Assembly: GCA_022709865.1 (NCBI GenBank)
Contig: JAKLIA010000002.1
Span: forward strand, 82,183-146,182
Origin: Patescibacteria group bacterium
GTDB taxonomy: Bacteria > Patescibacteriota > Minisyncoccia > Portnoybacterales > GWB1-42-6
Direction: 5' to 3'
DNA length: 64,000 bases
In this document: positions 28,556 to 37,802 of the stretch, piece by piece
How the letters are laid out: every line of letters starts with the position of its first letter
Numbering within the stretch: the first letter of the stretch is position 1
Notes under the pieces: generated by a model
Database searches by the model: none
What the model was told of the DNA's origin: nothing
Seen by the model: the letters and a program-made list of their open reading frames with translations, nothing else
Program-made: the position numbers and the translations under genes

Positions 28556-29065
28556 CTATTTTTTTTCTTCCAGAGTCCATTTAAAAATCTTGGTTATGGA
28601 CTCTCCGCTTTGCAGGAATGGTCCGCACGACAAGCTTCTTGCTTCGGGCAGAAACAAATCCTTATCTTTGCTGACCATCAAAAAAACTCTTAAACACTCC
28701 AAATCTTTATTATTCCGGACAAACCTGACCAGCTCCAAGCCGTTAGGGCCCAAACCAGCAAGTTCGTAGTCTACCAGAACCATGTCGGGCAAATCAGGCA
28801 GCATTTCTATTAATTTATCTTCGGCCTCTTTTACTGTTTTAGCCTTATGAATTAACAAGTTTTCTTCTCTTTCTTTTTTAATTTTTGAGTACTCTTTTTC
28901 AACCTCTTTAGCTGATTCGATCCATTGCAATCTATCCGCATATTTTTTATCAAGCAAACAGCAAAGAAAGAAATTGTAGGCTGCGGCCATCATGTCCGGT
29001 AAACTACTGACTACCATAAGAGCTATCTTCTTGTTTTTCCCCTCTTCCATCTTTTCCTCCTGCAA
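28556..29065 (-). CDS. Receiver (CheY-like)-domain-like protein, probably a pseudo-receiver
   Basis: KKIALMVVSS (DD replaced by SS), conserved Asp in MVLVDYELAGLGPNGLELVRFVR, S/K in RVFLMVSKDKD. Long coiled-coil insertion. No output domain. Confidence 0.4.
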   Translation of the reverse strand: MQEEKMEEGKNKKIALMVVSSLPDMMAAAYNFFLCCLLDKKYADRLQWIESAKEVEKEYSKIKKEREENLLIHKAKTVKEAEDKLIEMLPDLPDMVLVDYELAGLGPNGLELVRFVRNNKDLECLRVFLMVSKDKDLFLPEARSLSCGPFLQSGESITKIFKWTLEEKK

Positions 29066-29223
29066 TATTTGATTTATTTTTAAAGTACCTATTTATCTTA
29101 ACATAAAAATCACTAGAAGTCAAGTGTCCACTTATTTTCCCCATAAAATCCACTTTTTCGGCTAAAAAAGCATATTGCCAATGTTTTTAACGATGCTATA
29201 CTGAAATAACCTAATAACTTATT

Positions 29224-30585
29224 ATGGCTAATCCCAAAACCCAAGCCGACAGGCTGCCGCCTCAAAATATCGACGCCGAGCAATCGGTGCTTGGCGCATT
29301 AATGCTGGGCAAAGATACCATCGTGCGCGTGGCCGATATTCTGCGCCCGGGAGATTTTTACCACCAGATACATAATATAATTTTCGAGGTGATGCTGGAG
29401 CTCTATGAAAAGAACGAGCCGATAGACCTATTGAGCTTGACCAACCGCCTGGGAGATATTGGGAAAATAAATGAAGTCGGCGGGCCGGCGTATCTAGCCG
29501 AGCTGGTTAATCGCGTGCCCACCGCCGCGCATGTTTTGCACTATGCCAAAATCGTCAACCACAAAAAAGTCCTGCGCGATCTAATTGAAGCCGCCGACCA
29601 TATTGCGCGGCTGGGTTTTAACGAAGAAGAAAATATTGAAAATATTTTAGATGAGGCCGAGCAAAGCGTTTTTCGCATTTCGCAAAAAAGCTTGACCCAA
29701 GAGTTTATGCCGGTCAAGAACGCTCTGGAAGAAGCTTTTGAAAGAATTGATAAACTCCATAAGGGCGACGGCGCTTTCCGCGGCGTGCCGACCGGTTTTT
29801 ACGACCTGGACAATTATCTTTCCGGTTTGCAAAAATCAGATCTTGTCATCTTGGCCGCCCGGCCGTCATTAGGTAAGACTTCTCTGGCTATGGATATTGT
29901 GCGGCACGTAGCCATAAAACAAAAAGTGCCCGTAGGAATATTTTCCTTGGAAATGTCCAAGCACGATGTCGTTGACCGTTTGCTGGCCGCCCAAGCCGGC
30001 GTTGACCTTTGGAAGCTGCGCACCGGCCGCCTTTCTATGGACGGGCTTGATAATGACCTGATAAGGATCCAAGAAGCAATGGCGGTTCTGGCTGAGGCGC
30101 CGATTTTTATTGACGACGCCCCCTCCCCGTCCGTTCTGCAAATGCGCACGATGGGCAGAAGGCTGCAAACTGAACAGGGAGGCTTGGGACTTATTGTTGT
30201 GGACTATCTCCAACTAATCCAGCCCCGGACCAATAATGATAATGTGGTGCAGCAGGTAACCGAGATCTCCCGCGCCTTGAAGGGATTGGCCAGAGAGCTG
30301 GAATGCCCCGTATTGGCTTTATCGCAGCTTTCCCGCGCAGTTGAGGGTAGGCCCGACCAAATGCCTCGCCTAGCCGATTTGCGCGAATCCGGCTCCATTG
30401 AACAAGATGCCGACGTGGTTATGTTCATCTATCGGGAAGATAAAACTAAAAAAGATTCTTCGCGGCCCAATATCGCCGACGTTATCATTGCCAAGCACCG
30501 CAACGGCCCCATTGGCCGCGCCGAGCTCTACTTTAATGATACTCAAGCCAGCTTTAAGAACTTGGAGAAACACTTCAACGAATAA
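29224..30585 (+). CDS. dnaB: Replicative DNA helicase DnaB
   Basis: PPQNIDAEQSVLGALML N-domain, Walker A AARPSLGKTSLAMD, RecA-like C-domain. No intein. Confidence 0.95.
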   Translation: MANPKTQADRLPPQNIDAEQSVLGALMLGKDTIVRVADILRPGDFYHQIHNIIFEVMLELYEKNEPIDLLSLTNRLGDIGKINEVGGPAYLAELVNRVPTAAHVLHYAKIVNHKKVLRDLIEAADHIARLGFNEEENIENILDEAEQSVFRISQKSLTQEFMPVKNALEEAFERIDKLHKGDGAFRGVPTGFYDLDNYLSGLQKSDLVILAARPSLGKTSLAMDIVRHVAIKQKVPVGIFSLEMSKHDVVDRLLAAQAGVDLWKLRTGRLSMDGLDNDLIRIQEAMAVLAEAPIFIDDAPSPSVLQMRTMGRRLQTEQGGLGLIVVDYLQLIQPRTNNDNVVQQVTEISRALKGLARELECPVLALSQLSRAVEGRPDQMPRLADLRESGSIEQDADVVMFIYREDKTKKDSSRPNIADVIIAKHRNGPIGRAELYFNDTQASFKNLEKHFNE

Positions 30586-30588
30586 TTT

Positions 30589-31191
30589 ATGCTACCGGCT
30601 TCCCTTAAAACTTTAATTGACCTCCTTTCCCGCCTTCCGGGCCTTGGCCAACGGTCAGCCACTCGCCTAGCCTTTTATCTTATCAGCCAGCCGACCGCGG
30701 ACCTGAATAATTTAGCCCAGGCTATAAAAGATTTGCCGGTCAAGGTTAAGCACTGCCCGCGCTGTTTTAATTTAACTTCCAACAACGACCTCTGTTTGAT
30801 CTGCGCCGATAAAAAACGCCAGCAAAACTTAATTTGCGTGGTGGAAGATATCTTGGATATTATCCCGATCGAACGCACAAAACAGTTTGGCGGCGTCTAC
30901 CATGTCCTAGGCGGATTGATTTCCCCGGTTGATGGGTTAACGCCGGATAAATTGCATATCAAAGAATTAATCGGGCGCATTAAGCAATTCCTGGCCCAAA
31001 ACATCCAGCCGGAATTGATTTTAGCGCTAAACCCCACCGCCGAGGGCGATACAACTTCTCTATATCTGGAAAAAATACTTAAACCGTCAAACGCAAAAAT
31101 AACCAAACTAAGCCGGGGCTTGGCTACGGGCTCGGATCTAGAATACGCAGACGAAACAACGTTAATTAACGCTTTAAAATACCGGCATTAA
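30589..31191 (+). CDS. recR: Recombination protein RecR
   Basis: HhH (LPGLGQRSATRLAFYL), C4 zinc finger CPRCFNLTSNNDLCLIC, Toprim domain. Confidence 0.95.
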   Translation: MLPASLKTLIDLLSRLPGLGQRSATRLAFYLISQPTADLNNLAQAIKDLPVKVKHCPRCFNLTSNNDLCLICADKKRQQNLICVVEDILDIIPIERTKQFGGVYHVLGGLISPVDGLTPDKLHIKELIGRIKQFLAQNIQPELILALNPTAEGDTTSLYLEKILKPSNAKITKLSRGLATGSDLEYADETTLINALKYRH

Positions 31192-31202
31192 ACTTTTACA
31201 AA

Positions 31203-31240
31203 AAATAACCCGCGTTATCCGCGGGTTATTTTTATTTGCT
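31203..31240. terminator. Bidirectional terminator (recR / TPR membrane protein)
   Basis: aaaaaataacccgcg-ttat-ccgcgggttatttttat. Confidence 0.6.
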
Positions 31241-31250
31241 GCAAATATTT

Positions 31251-33620
31251 TTATTGGATCGGCACTTCGCTTGGCTGAGTTGAAATGGCCGGTTTGCCAG
31301 CGCGCAGATTAGCCAATATGGTTTTAATATCCTGGTTCTCCGGATTTAATTTTTCTATTGCCGTAAATTGATCGATCGCGGCTGTCTTATTGCCTAACCG
31401 ATCGTAGACCAACCCCAAAAAGTATCTGGCATTAGAATAATTTTGGTCGATCAAAACCGCTCTTTCAAACTCGGTTTTAGCGGCGGACAAATCTGCTTTT
31501 TTGTAATAAAGAAGCCCTAGCTGGAAAGCCACGCCAATATCCTGCGGATAAAGGTTCTTTGTCTGGATCATACTATTAATAGCTTCCGCTGTCTGGCCGC
31601 TGCTGTCATAAACCAAAGCTAGCTCATATAAAGCCAAGGCATAATCGGATTTCATTTCAACCGATTTTTTAAGCGCCTCTTCCGCCTTGGCCAAATAATC
31701 TTTCATTTTGGTTTTCACTTCTTCGTTCTTTGCGGCTGCTTGCGATAAAGAATTGGCGGATAGTAGATATGTGCTGCCCAGCTGGTAGTAATAATACGGA
31801 TTTGCCGGCTCTAATTTTGAAGCTTCGTTATAAGCATCAAAAGCCCATTGTTCCGCTCCGTTAATATAACCAATAACCGACCGGTAAATATTAGCCCGCT
31901 GCGCCCAATTATCAACATTTAACGGCGCCAGATCCGTTGACCGCTTGCCGATATTAATAGCGGTGGCGATCAAGTTTTGGACATTCGTATCGCGCTCAGC
32001 GCTTTGCGCCTTGGCCAACTCCTGATTAACGCGCTGCAAAGCAGCCTGGGAAAGCGTGCGCAAATAGAGGTCGTAGTATGGATTTAAAACCACCGCGTCT
32101 TTTATTTTTATCGTGCCATTTTCTATATCATTTTTATTATTTACCAAATTAACCCCCTTTTGATAAAGGATATCCGCGTAATAATAGCTGCCGCCAAGAT
32201 ACAGCACACTGATCGTTAAAACCAAAACCACCACAAAAGCAAAAGACAGGACCGAAGCAAAAGGAGATGTCCGGTCAAAAGATACCGACATAGCCGGGAT
32301 CTTATCCATTTCAACCTCGCTGTTTTCGTTGCCCTTAAAAGTTAACGACTTCAGGCTCAAAAACGACAAAGCCAGCATTAGCCAAAAAACGAACTCCAAA
32401 GAAAGATTCGTGCTATAGAAAAATTGCATAAAAGCCAGCAGAAACCAAGAAGAAAAAAGAGCCAAGGCCACTAGCCAATTTTCACCGCGTTTTCTTATCA
32501 AGGAATAAAAACCGTAAACTGCAAAACCTATCACTATCATCATCCAGCAAAGCCAGCCTGCTGCCCCCAAGATAACCGGCTGAGTGGCAACTTTGGAGAT
32601 TCCTTGGCCAAAACGCACATTCCAAAAATCGGTCTGGTTTAAAGCTTTATCATGATAAAGCCCATAAGCGTAAGAATAGCTGCCCGGCCCCGTGCCAAAA
32701 ATCGGCTTTTCTTTTAATATTTGCTTATCGATATCCAGCGAAGCGCTCCAAGACGGGGTCACTTCCGACGACACCGAAAACCAAGAGAAAATATTCAGCT
32801 GCACAGGCAAAAGCATTAAAATTGAAAAAGCCAGAACCAGCATCGGCAGGATCAAACGATATTGGCTGACCTGTAAACGATTAATAATGCCCAAAGAAAC
32901 AATAACCATCAATGTTACCAATAAAGCCCACCAAACATTAGCGATATTTATGGACAATATCATCACCAGAAAAAATCCAGCCGCTACCCCATAGAATATC
33001 TGCCGCCAGCGCGGCGCGTTTATTTCCGTGAAAAGAACGGACGCCAGAACTAAAAGAGAAGCCAAAAATATCTCCATGGCGTTCACCGAACCGATAGTAT
33101 TAAAATTGGCGCTTTGGGCAAAATCCCAAGGCAATATAAACTTGCCGGCCAGCTGCAGAGCGCCAAAAAGCCCCACTAAGAGACCGGAACAAATTACTGA
33201 AAAAGCCAAACCATTCACCTCTTGGCGATTTTTTATATTGTTAACCGCCACAAAGAAAATTATTAACAACGCCAGCAAAGAGAAAAGCGACTCACCAAGT
33301 AAGTTGCCGGTGCCCACCAAGCCTTGATAAATATTTTTTGAAAGCACCGTGCTTATTAAATAAAAAATGGCAAAGAGAGCCAAGCCGATATTCAGCCAGC
33401 TTTTTTTCATTTCCATCTGGCCCTGAGCGATCATCTTGCCTATCCAAGCGATTAGCAACACCAGAGCAAAGACCACTAGCAAAAGCTGCTTGTTCAGCTC
33501 CAACGCGCTAGTATTAAAAGGCATAAAGAATAACGGGGTTAAAAAGGCCAGAAAATAAAGGCCTATTTTAATCACCCAATCGCAAAATCCAATTACTTTT
33601 AGGTCGTTCTCTTTGCTCAT
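31251..33620 (-). CDS. Large polytopic membrane protein (O-antigen-ligase-like core) with C-terminal TPR repeats
   Basis: About 12 TM helices in the first 450 aa. C-terminal repeats YYYQLGSTYLL..., ALALYELALVYDSSGQTAEAINSMIQTKNLYPQD, AFQLGLLYYKKADLSAAKTEFERAVLIDQNYSNARYFLGLVYDRLGNKTAAIDQFTAIEKLNPEN are TPR-like. Confidence 0.6.
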   Translation of the reverse strand: MSKENDLKVIGFCDWVIKIGLYFLAFLTPLFFMPFNTSALELNKQLLLVVFALVLLIAWIGKMIAQGQMEMKKSWLNIGLALFAIFYLISTVLSKNIYQGLVGTGNLLGESLFSLLALLIIFFVAVNNIKNRQEVNGLAFSVICSGLLVGLFGALQLAGKFILPWDFAQSANFNTIGSVNAMEIFLASLLVLASVLFTEINAPRWRQIFYGVAAGFFLVMILSINIANVWWALLVTLMVIVSLGIINRLQVSQYRLILPMLVLAFSILMLLPVQLNIFSWFSVSSEVTPSWSASLDIDKQILKEKPIFGTGPGSYSYAYGLYHDKALNQTDFWNVRFGQGISKVATQPVILGAAGWLCWMMIVIGFAVYGFYSLIRKRGENWLVALALFSSWFLLAFMQFFYSTNLSLEFVFWLMLALSFLSLKSLTFKGNENSEVEMDKIPAMSVSFDRTSPFASVLSFAFVVVLVLTISVLYLGGSYYYADILYQKGVNLVNNKNDIENGTIKIKDAVVLNPYYDLYLRTLSQAALQRVNQELAKAQSAERDTNVQNLIATAINIGKRSTDLAPLNVDNWAQRANIYRSVIGYINGAEQWAFDAYNEASKLEPANPYYYYQLGSTYLLSANSLSQAAAKNEEVKTKMKDYLAKAEEALKKSVEMKSDYALALYELALVYDSSGQTAEAINSMIQTKNLYPQDIGVAFQLGLLYYKKADLSAAKTEFERAVLIDQNYSNARYFLGLVYDRLGNKTAAIDQFTAIEKLNPENQDIKTILANLRAGKPAISTQPSEVPIQ

Positions 33621-33857
33621 GCGTATTTTTTCGCCAACTACTGCTTCTTGCCTAAAAAAGATTAGACCAAAAACAAAAAGTTAGTGCGAAATTATAACTA
33701 AAAAATCCGCTCTTTTTATAGAGATCCGGATTTCTAGATTTATTATACCAAAAATTAGCTATTGCTCACAATAGCGCCTTGTCCACAGATTTGCAGATTT
33801 GAGACCAAAAATCCCGCTTCAAAATATGAAGCGGGATTCAATAATTTTCTCTGAACT

Positions 33858-34160
33858 TTATTCTATTTCCACCAATGTATACGGCTGCCGATGCCCTCTT
33901 TTAACCTTATGGCGCTTCTTGGATTTATATTTAAAAACAGTTATTTTATCAGCCCTGTCTTGCTTCAAGATCTTAGCGCTAACTTTTACGCCGGCCACCT
34001 TTGGCTGGCCGATCTGTGTTTTGCCTTTTTCGACTGCCAATAAAACCTCGTCGAAAATCACCTGGCCACCTTCTTGGCCGTCTATTTTTTCAATTTTTAG
34101 CTTTTGTCCGGGAGCCACAATATATTGCTTCCCGCCAGTCTTAATGATTGCTAGTTCCAT
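33858..34160 (-). CDS. rplU: 50S ribosomal protein L21
   Basis: MELAIIKTGGKQYIVAPGQKLKIEKI...KITVFKYKSKKRHKVKRGHRQPYTLVEI. Confidence 0.9.
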   Translation of the reverse strand: MELAIIKTGGKQYIVAPGQKLKIEKIDGQEGGQVIFDEVLLAVEKGKTQIGQPKVAGVKVSAKILKQDRADKITVFKYKSKKRHKVKRGHRQPYTLVEIE

Positions 34161-34238
34161 ATTATTTAAAATTGCCCTTCTCAGGGCTTAATTGATTATT
34201 TATATATTAGCAAAAGGTAGCCTAAAAGTCAAATACAG

Positions 34239-35315
34239 CTATTCCTCTTCTCCTATTGTTGGCCCCTCAATTTGTATCGGCTCGATTTCGCTGGCCTTGC
34301 CGGTTATTTTGACCACATCTTTGTCTATTTTCATGAACTCTTTATCGGCCCTGTTATACATATTAACCGTGGTGCCCAAATTGTTGCCTAATTTCTTAAA
34401 ATAGTCGTCATAAGTTAAAAGATGGCGCTGCAATGACTCGACATATTTCTGGATTTCCTTAGCAGATTCTTCGATTTGCAAAGCTTTTAATCCCTGCAAA
34501 ACTACCTGTAAATAAGCCAAAAGAGTAGTTGGCGAAATAATAATTACCTTATATTTGCTAGCGGCTCTTTGAATAAGATTATTTGTATCTTCGTCTTGCA
34601 ACGCCCCAACTTTATTAACCAATAGGTCGTAATAAATCGCCTCATGTGGAATGAACATAAAAGCAAAATCCATCGTATTCTCTTTCGGCCTGATATACTT
34701 GGCAGTTTCTTGAATGCGATTTTTCAGGTCGTTAACGAAAACCTTTTCCAACCTGATCTTTTCCGCATCGTTTTTTTCTTCGGCCAAGCGATTATAATTT
34801 TCCAAAGAGAACTTGGAATCGATCGGAATGATTTTCTCTTTCACGAACACCACCGCATCGACTTTTTCCCCGTTCTTAAACTCATATTGCGTTTGGTAGC
34901 TTCCCGGCGGCAAAACATTTTTTAAAACCGTCTCCAAATAATATTCGCCCAGCGTCCCCCGATGTTTTGGGTTTTTTAAAATATCCTGCAGGTCTTGCAG
35001 CTGATCGGCAAAATTGACCACCTGTTTATTGGTATCCTCAAGTTTAGATATTTTCTCAACCAATTCCCTGGTGATCTTCCCGCTTTCAAAATGCTGCTGT
35101 TGAAAAAGCTTAGCCGAATCCCCTAATAATTTAGTGGACTCGCCCATTTTACTGTCCAAGGTCTGGCGAATCTCTTTTAGCTGCTCCTGCATCATTAATA
35201 TAGCCGAATTATCCTGCGGTTTTTCTTCTGGTTTTTTGCGCGCCAAAAAATATGCCATTATTCCAACGACAGCAACCGATATTCCTAGCAAAACTAATAA
35301 TAGGCCTTGATTCAT
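34239..35315 (-). CDS. rmuC: DNA recombination protein RmuC
   Basis: N-terminal TM anchor, long coiled coil, conserved C-terminal RmuC core (DFAFMFIPHEAIYYDLL...IIISPTTLLAYLQ). Confidence 0.85.
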   Translation of the reverse strand: MNQGLLLVLLGISVAVVGIMAYFLARKKPEEKPQDNSAILMMQEQLKEIRQTLDSKMGESTKLLGDSAKLFQQQHFESGKITRELVEKISKLEDTNKQVVNFADQLQDLQDILKNPKHRGTLGEYYLETVLKNVLPPGSYQTQYEFKNGEKVDAVVFVKEKIIPIDSKFSLENYNRLAEEKNDAEKIRLEKVFVNDLKNRIQETAKYIRPKENTMDFAFMFIPHEAIYYDLLVNKVGALQDEDTNNLIQRAASKYKVIIISPTTLLAYLQVVLQGLKALQIEESAKEIQKYVESLQRHLLTYDDYFKKLGNNLGTTVNMYNRADKEFMKIDKDVVKITGKASEIEPIQIEGPTIGEEE

Positions 35316-35325
35316 TGAAGCTATT

Positions 35326-36033
35326 CTAACATTTTCTTTTATAGACGAAAAGGACGGCGGAAATTATAAAAATTATCCCTGCCAACCATTGGCTAATACT
35401 AAAAATCCCTTGCCGCGGATCAGCCAGAGAACCAGACGCCACACGGGTAAAATCAAGAAAAAAGCGAATCAGACTATAGCTGGCTAAAAAGACTAAAAAT
35501 AGCTGGCCGGATTGAGCCAGCCTTTTTCTTAAAAACCAGAAAACTGCCAACATCCCAAAACCCACCAAAGATTCGTATATCGCCACCGGATGGCGAATAA
35601 TGCCGTCGGGCCATAAAATACCCCAAACTAGACTCGTTATAGCGCCTTGATGGTCGTTAATTAAAGCACATCCGATTCGGCCGATACCAATTCCTAGGGC
35701 TGCTGGCAAAACTAACAAATCCGCTATCTGCCAAAAATCCAACTTTAACAACTTAACGCCTAGCCACCCAAAAATTATTGCCCCTAATAATCCCCCCATG
35801 AACATTGCGCCACCCGAAACCAGCGCCCAAGCTAAAGCCTTTGCACCTAAAATCGCGCCGACAAAAAGCGCTAAAGCCAAGCTCATGATCTTTTCGGGCG
35901 CCAGATCGGTTTTTTTTGCCAAAAAATAAAACAGTATATAGCCCAACGAAAAACCAAGTCCAACAAATAATCCCCAAGTATAAAGTTTTACGGGACCAAG
36001 ATTAATTTGGTCAATAATAAAATATGGAATCAT
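35326..36033 (-). CDS. lgt: Prolipoprotein diacylglyceryl transferase
   Basis: Lgt signature HPVAIYESL plus multi-TM topology. Confidence 0.85.
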   Translation of the reverse strand: MIPYFIIDQINLGPVKLYTWGLFVGLGFSLGYILFYFLAKKTDLAPEKIMSLALALFVGAILGAKALAWALVSGGAMFMGGLLGAIIFGWLGVKLLKLDFWQIADLLVLPAALGIGIGRIGCALINDHQGAITSLVWGILWPDGIIRHPVAIYESLVGFGMLAVFWFLRKRLAQSGQLFLVFLASYSLIRFFLDFTRVASGSLADPRQGIFSISQWLAGIIFIISAVLFVYKRKC

Positions 36034-36037
36034 ATTT

Positions 36038-36913
36038 TTAATACCCCACCAATTTTTCAGTTATTGATTCCAACCAATCATCAGCGTGAAAACGGCGAAT
36101 TGAATAACGGTATTTTGGCGCCTGGTCGATTATTTTATAAACACTCATCGCTGCCTGATAACCGGCTTCTTTAGCCAGCTCAATAACATGGCTGTTATAA
36201 CTTCCGCCCGGATAAGCTAGCAAATCGACGGTTTTTCCGATTTTTTCTTCTAAGATCTTTCTACTGCCGGCCAATTCCGCGCGCAATTGCTGATCATCAA
36301 CCTTATTCATTGGCGCGTGGTCCAAAGAATGGCTGCCGATAGTCATGCCATTCTCGCTCATTTCTTTAATTTCCGGCCAGGTCATAAAATCGGTTTTGCC
36401 CACCCAATCAGTGGTAATAAAAAACGTCCCGGTCATGCCGTATTTTTTTAATAAAGGGTAGGCCCACTTATATTGCCCATAGCGCCCGTCATCAAAAGTT
36501 ATGGCCACAGCTTTTTGCGGCAAAGGTTTGCCAGCATCAAAATAGCCCAACAATTCATAAAGCGATATTGTTTGATAGCCGTTATCTTTAAAATATTTTA
36601 AATGCGCTTCAAACCCTTCCGGAGAGACAGTAAAAGCGCGGTCGTCGATCGTGGAGCTAGCCACTGATGGCATAGGCCGAATATGGTGATAGTTAAAAAC
36701 CGGCATTTTAAAAAGTGTGTCTTCGGCCGGCTTTTGATAATTTGTTTCGCTAGGAGGCAATGTTTCCTGGCTTGTTTTTGGCAAAGGCGTAGCGCTAAAA
36801 GACGGCTGACTATCGGCTTTTATTAAAATATCGTCTTGCTGGTAAAAATAAATAACCGCACCGATGGCGGCTAAGATAACCAAAACAAGGATAACAAAGA
36901 AAAAGTTTTTCAT
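36038..36913 (-). CDS. Polysaccharide deacetylase (NodB-domain, CE4) with N-terminal TM anchor
   Basis: NodB motifs TFDDGRYGQ, HSLDHAPM, LAYPGGSYNS. Confidence 0.85.
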   Translation of the reverse strand: MKNFFFVILVLVILAAIGAVIYFYQQDDILIKADSQPSFSATPLPKTSQETLPPSETNYQKPAEDTLFKMPVFNYHHIRPMPSVASSTIDDRAFTVSPEGFEAHLKYFKDNGYQTISLYELLGYFDAGKPLPQKAVAITFDDGRYGQYKWAYPLLKKYGMTGTFFITTDWVGKTDFMTWPEIKEMSENGMTIGSHSLDHAPMNKVDDQQLRAELAGSRKILEEKIGKTVDLLAYPGGSYNSHVIELAKEAGYQAAMSVYKIIDQAPKYRYSIRRFHADDWLESITEKLVGY

Positions 36914-36985
36914 TAGCTTTATTATAACAAACCGCCGTTAAAAAGAAAAAGCGTTCTGCAGCTGGGCAAAACGCTTTTTATAAAG

Positions 36986-37060
36986 TACCGCTACCGGGAT
37001 TCGAACCCGGGTTACTAGGATGAGAACCTAGCGTCCTAGACCAGACTAGACGATAGCGGC
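36986..37060 (-). tRNA. tRNA-Glu (anticodon CUC)
   Basis: GCCGCTATCGTCTAGTCTGGTCTAGGACGCTAGGTTCTCATCCTAGTAACCCGGGTTCGAATCCCGGTAGCGGTA. Anticodon loop TTCTCAT, T-loop TTCGAAT, G1·U72. Confidence 0.8.
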
Positions 37061-37120
37061 AAAATATACTTAATTCTGGCACAATTTATGACTTTTTTCA
37101 ACTCATGCCGACTTATCCAC

Positions 37121-37141
37121 TTGACAGGTGAACGATTGTTC
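37121..37141 (+). promoter_or_regulatory. lexA promoter: -35 TTGACA overlapping a GAAC-N4-GTTC (Cheo-type) LexA box
   Basis: ttgacaggtGAACgattGTTCaatagact immediately upstream of lexA. Gram-positive-type SOS box palindrome. Confidence 0.65.
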
Positions 37142-37174
37142 AATAGACTAGAAATAGAATATTAAATCAAAATT

Positions 37175-37747
37175 ATGGATCTCCAAAAACCGTTAGAAAA
37201 AATCAGAAAGTTCTATCACCAGCGCAAGCGCCTCCCCTCTTACCGGGAAATCGCCGAGCTTTTAAACTTTAAATCCGTGAATGCTTCTTGGCGCGTGGTT
37301 AAAAAATTAATTGAACAAGGCTATTTAGATAAAGATAGCCAAGGCAAGCTAATTCCCAAAAAATTAACCCACGAGTTAAAGGTGCTGGGCACGGTAGCAG
37401 CCGGCATGCCAACGCTCGCCAACCAAGAAGAAATGGACACTTTGTCGCTGGATGAATATCTTCTCACTAATCCTTCCAAAAATTATATGCTCCGAGTTAT
37501 CGGCCAATCAATGAAAGATGCCGGCATTTCGCCTAACGACCTAGTTATTGTGGAATCAGAAAAAGAACCCCTTAACGGCGATATTGTGGTAGCGGAAGTG
37601 GATGGCGACTGGACAATGAAATATTTCCAGAAAAGAAAAAATGAAGTTGTTTTGATCCCTGCCAACAAAGATTATCCTAATATTTATCCCAAACAGAACT
37701 TGCGCATCGGCGGAGTCGTGGTGTCGCTAATAAAAAAATATTACTAG
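37175..37747 (+). CDS. lexA: SOS-response repressor LexA (S24 peptidase)
   Basis: N-terminal wHTH, cleavage site VAAGMPTLA (A-G), catalytic S...K region IGQSMKDAGISPNDLVIVE...DWTMKYF. Confidence 0.9.
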   Translation: MDLQKPLEKIRKFYHQRKRLPSYREIAELLNFKSVNASWRVVKKLIEQGYLDKDSQGKLIPKKLTHELKVLGTVAAGMPTLANQEEMDTLSLDEYLLTNPSKNYMLRVIGQSMKDAGISPNDLVIVESEKEPLNGDIVVAEVDGDWTMKYFQKRKNEVVLIPANKDYPNIYPKQNLRIGGVVVSLIKKYY

Positions 37748-37750
37748 AAT

Positions 37751-37780
37751 AAAAACCCGCCTTATTGGCGGTTTTTTATT
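37751..37780. terminator. Bidirectional terminator lexA / murF
   Basis: aaaaacccgcc-ttatt-ggcggtttttt. Confidence 0.65.
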
Positions 37781-37802
37781 CTACAATAAGATTTAATTCT
37801 AG

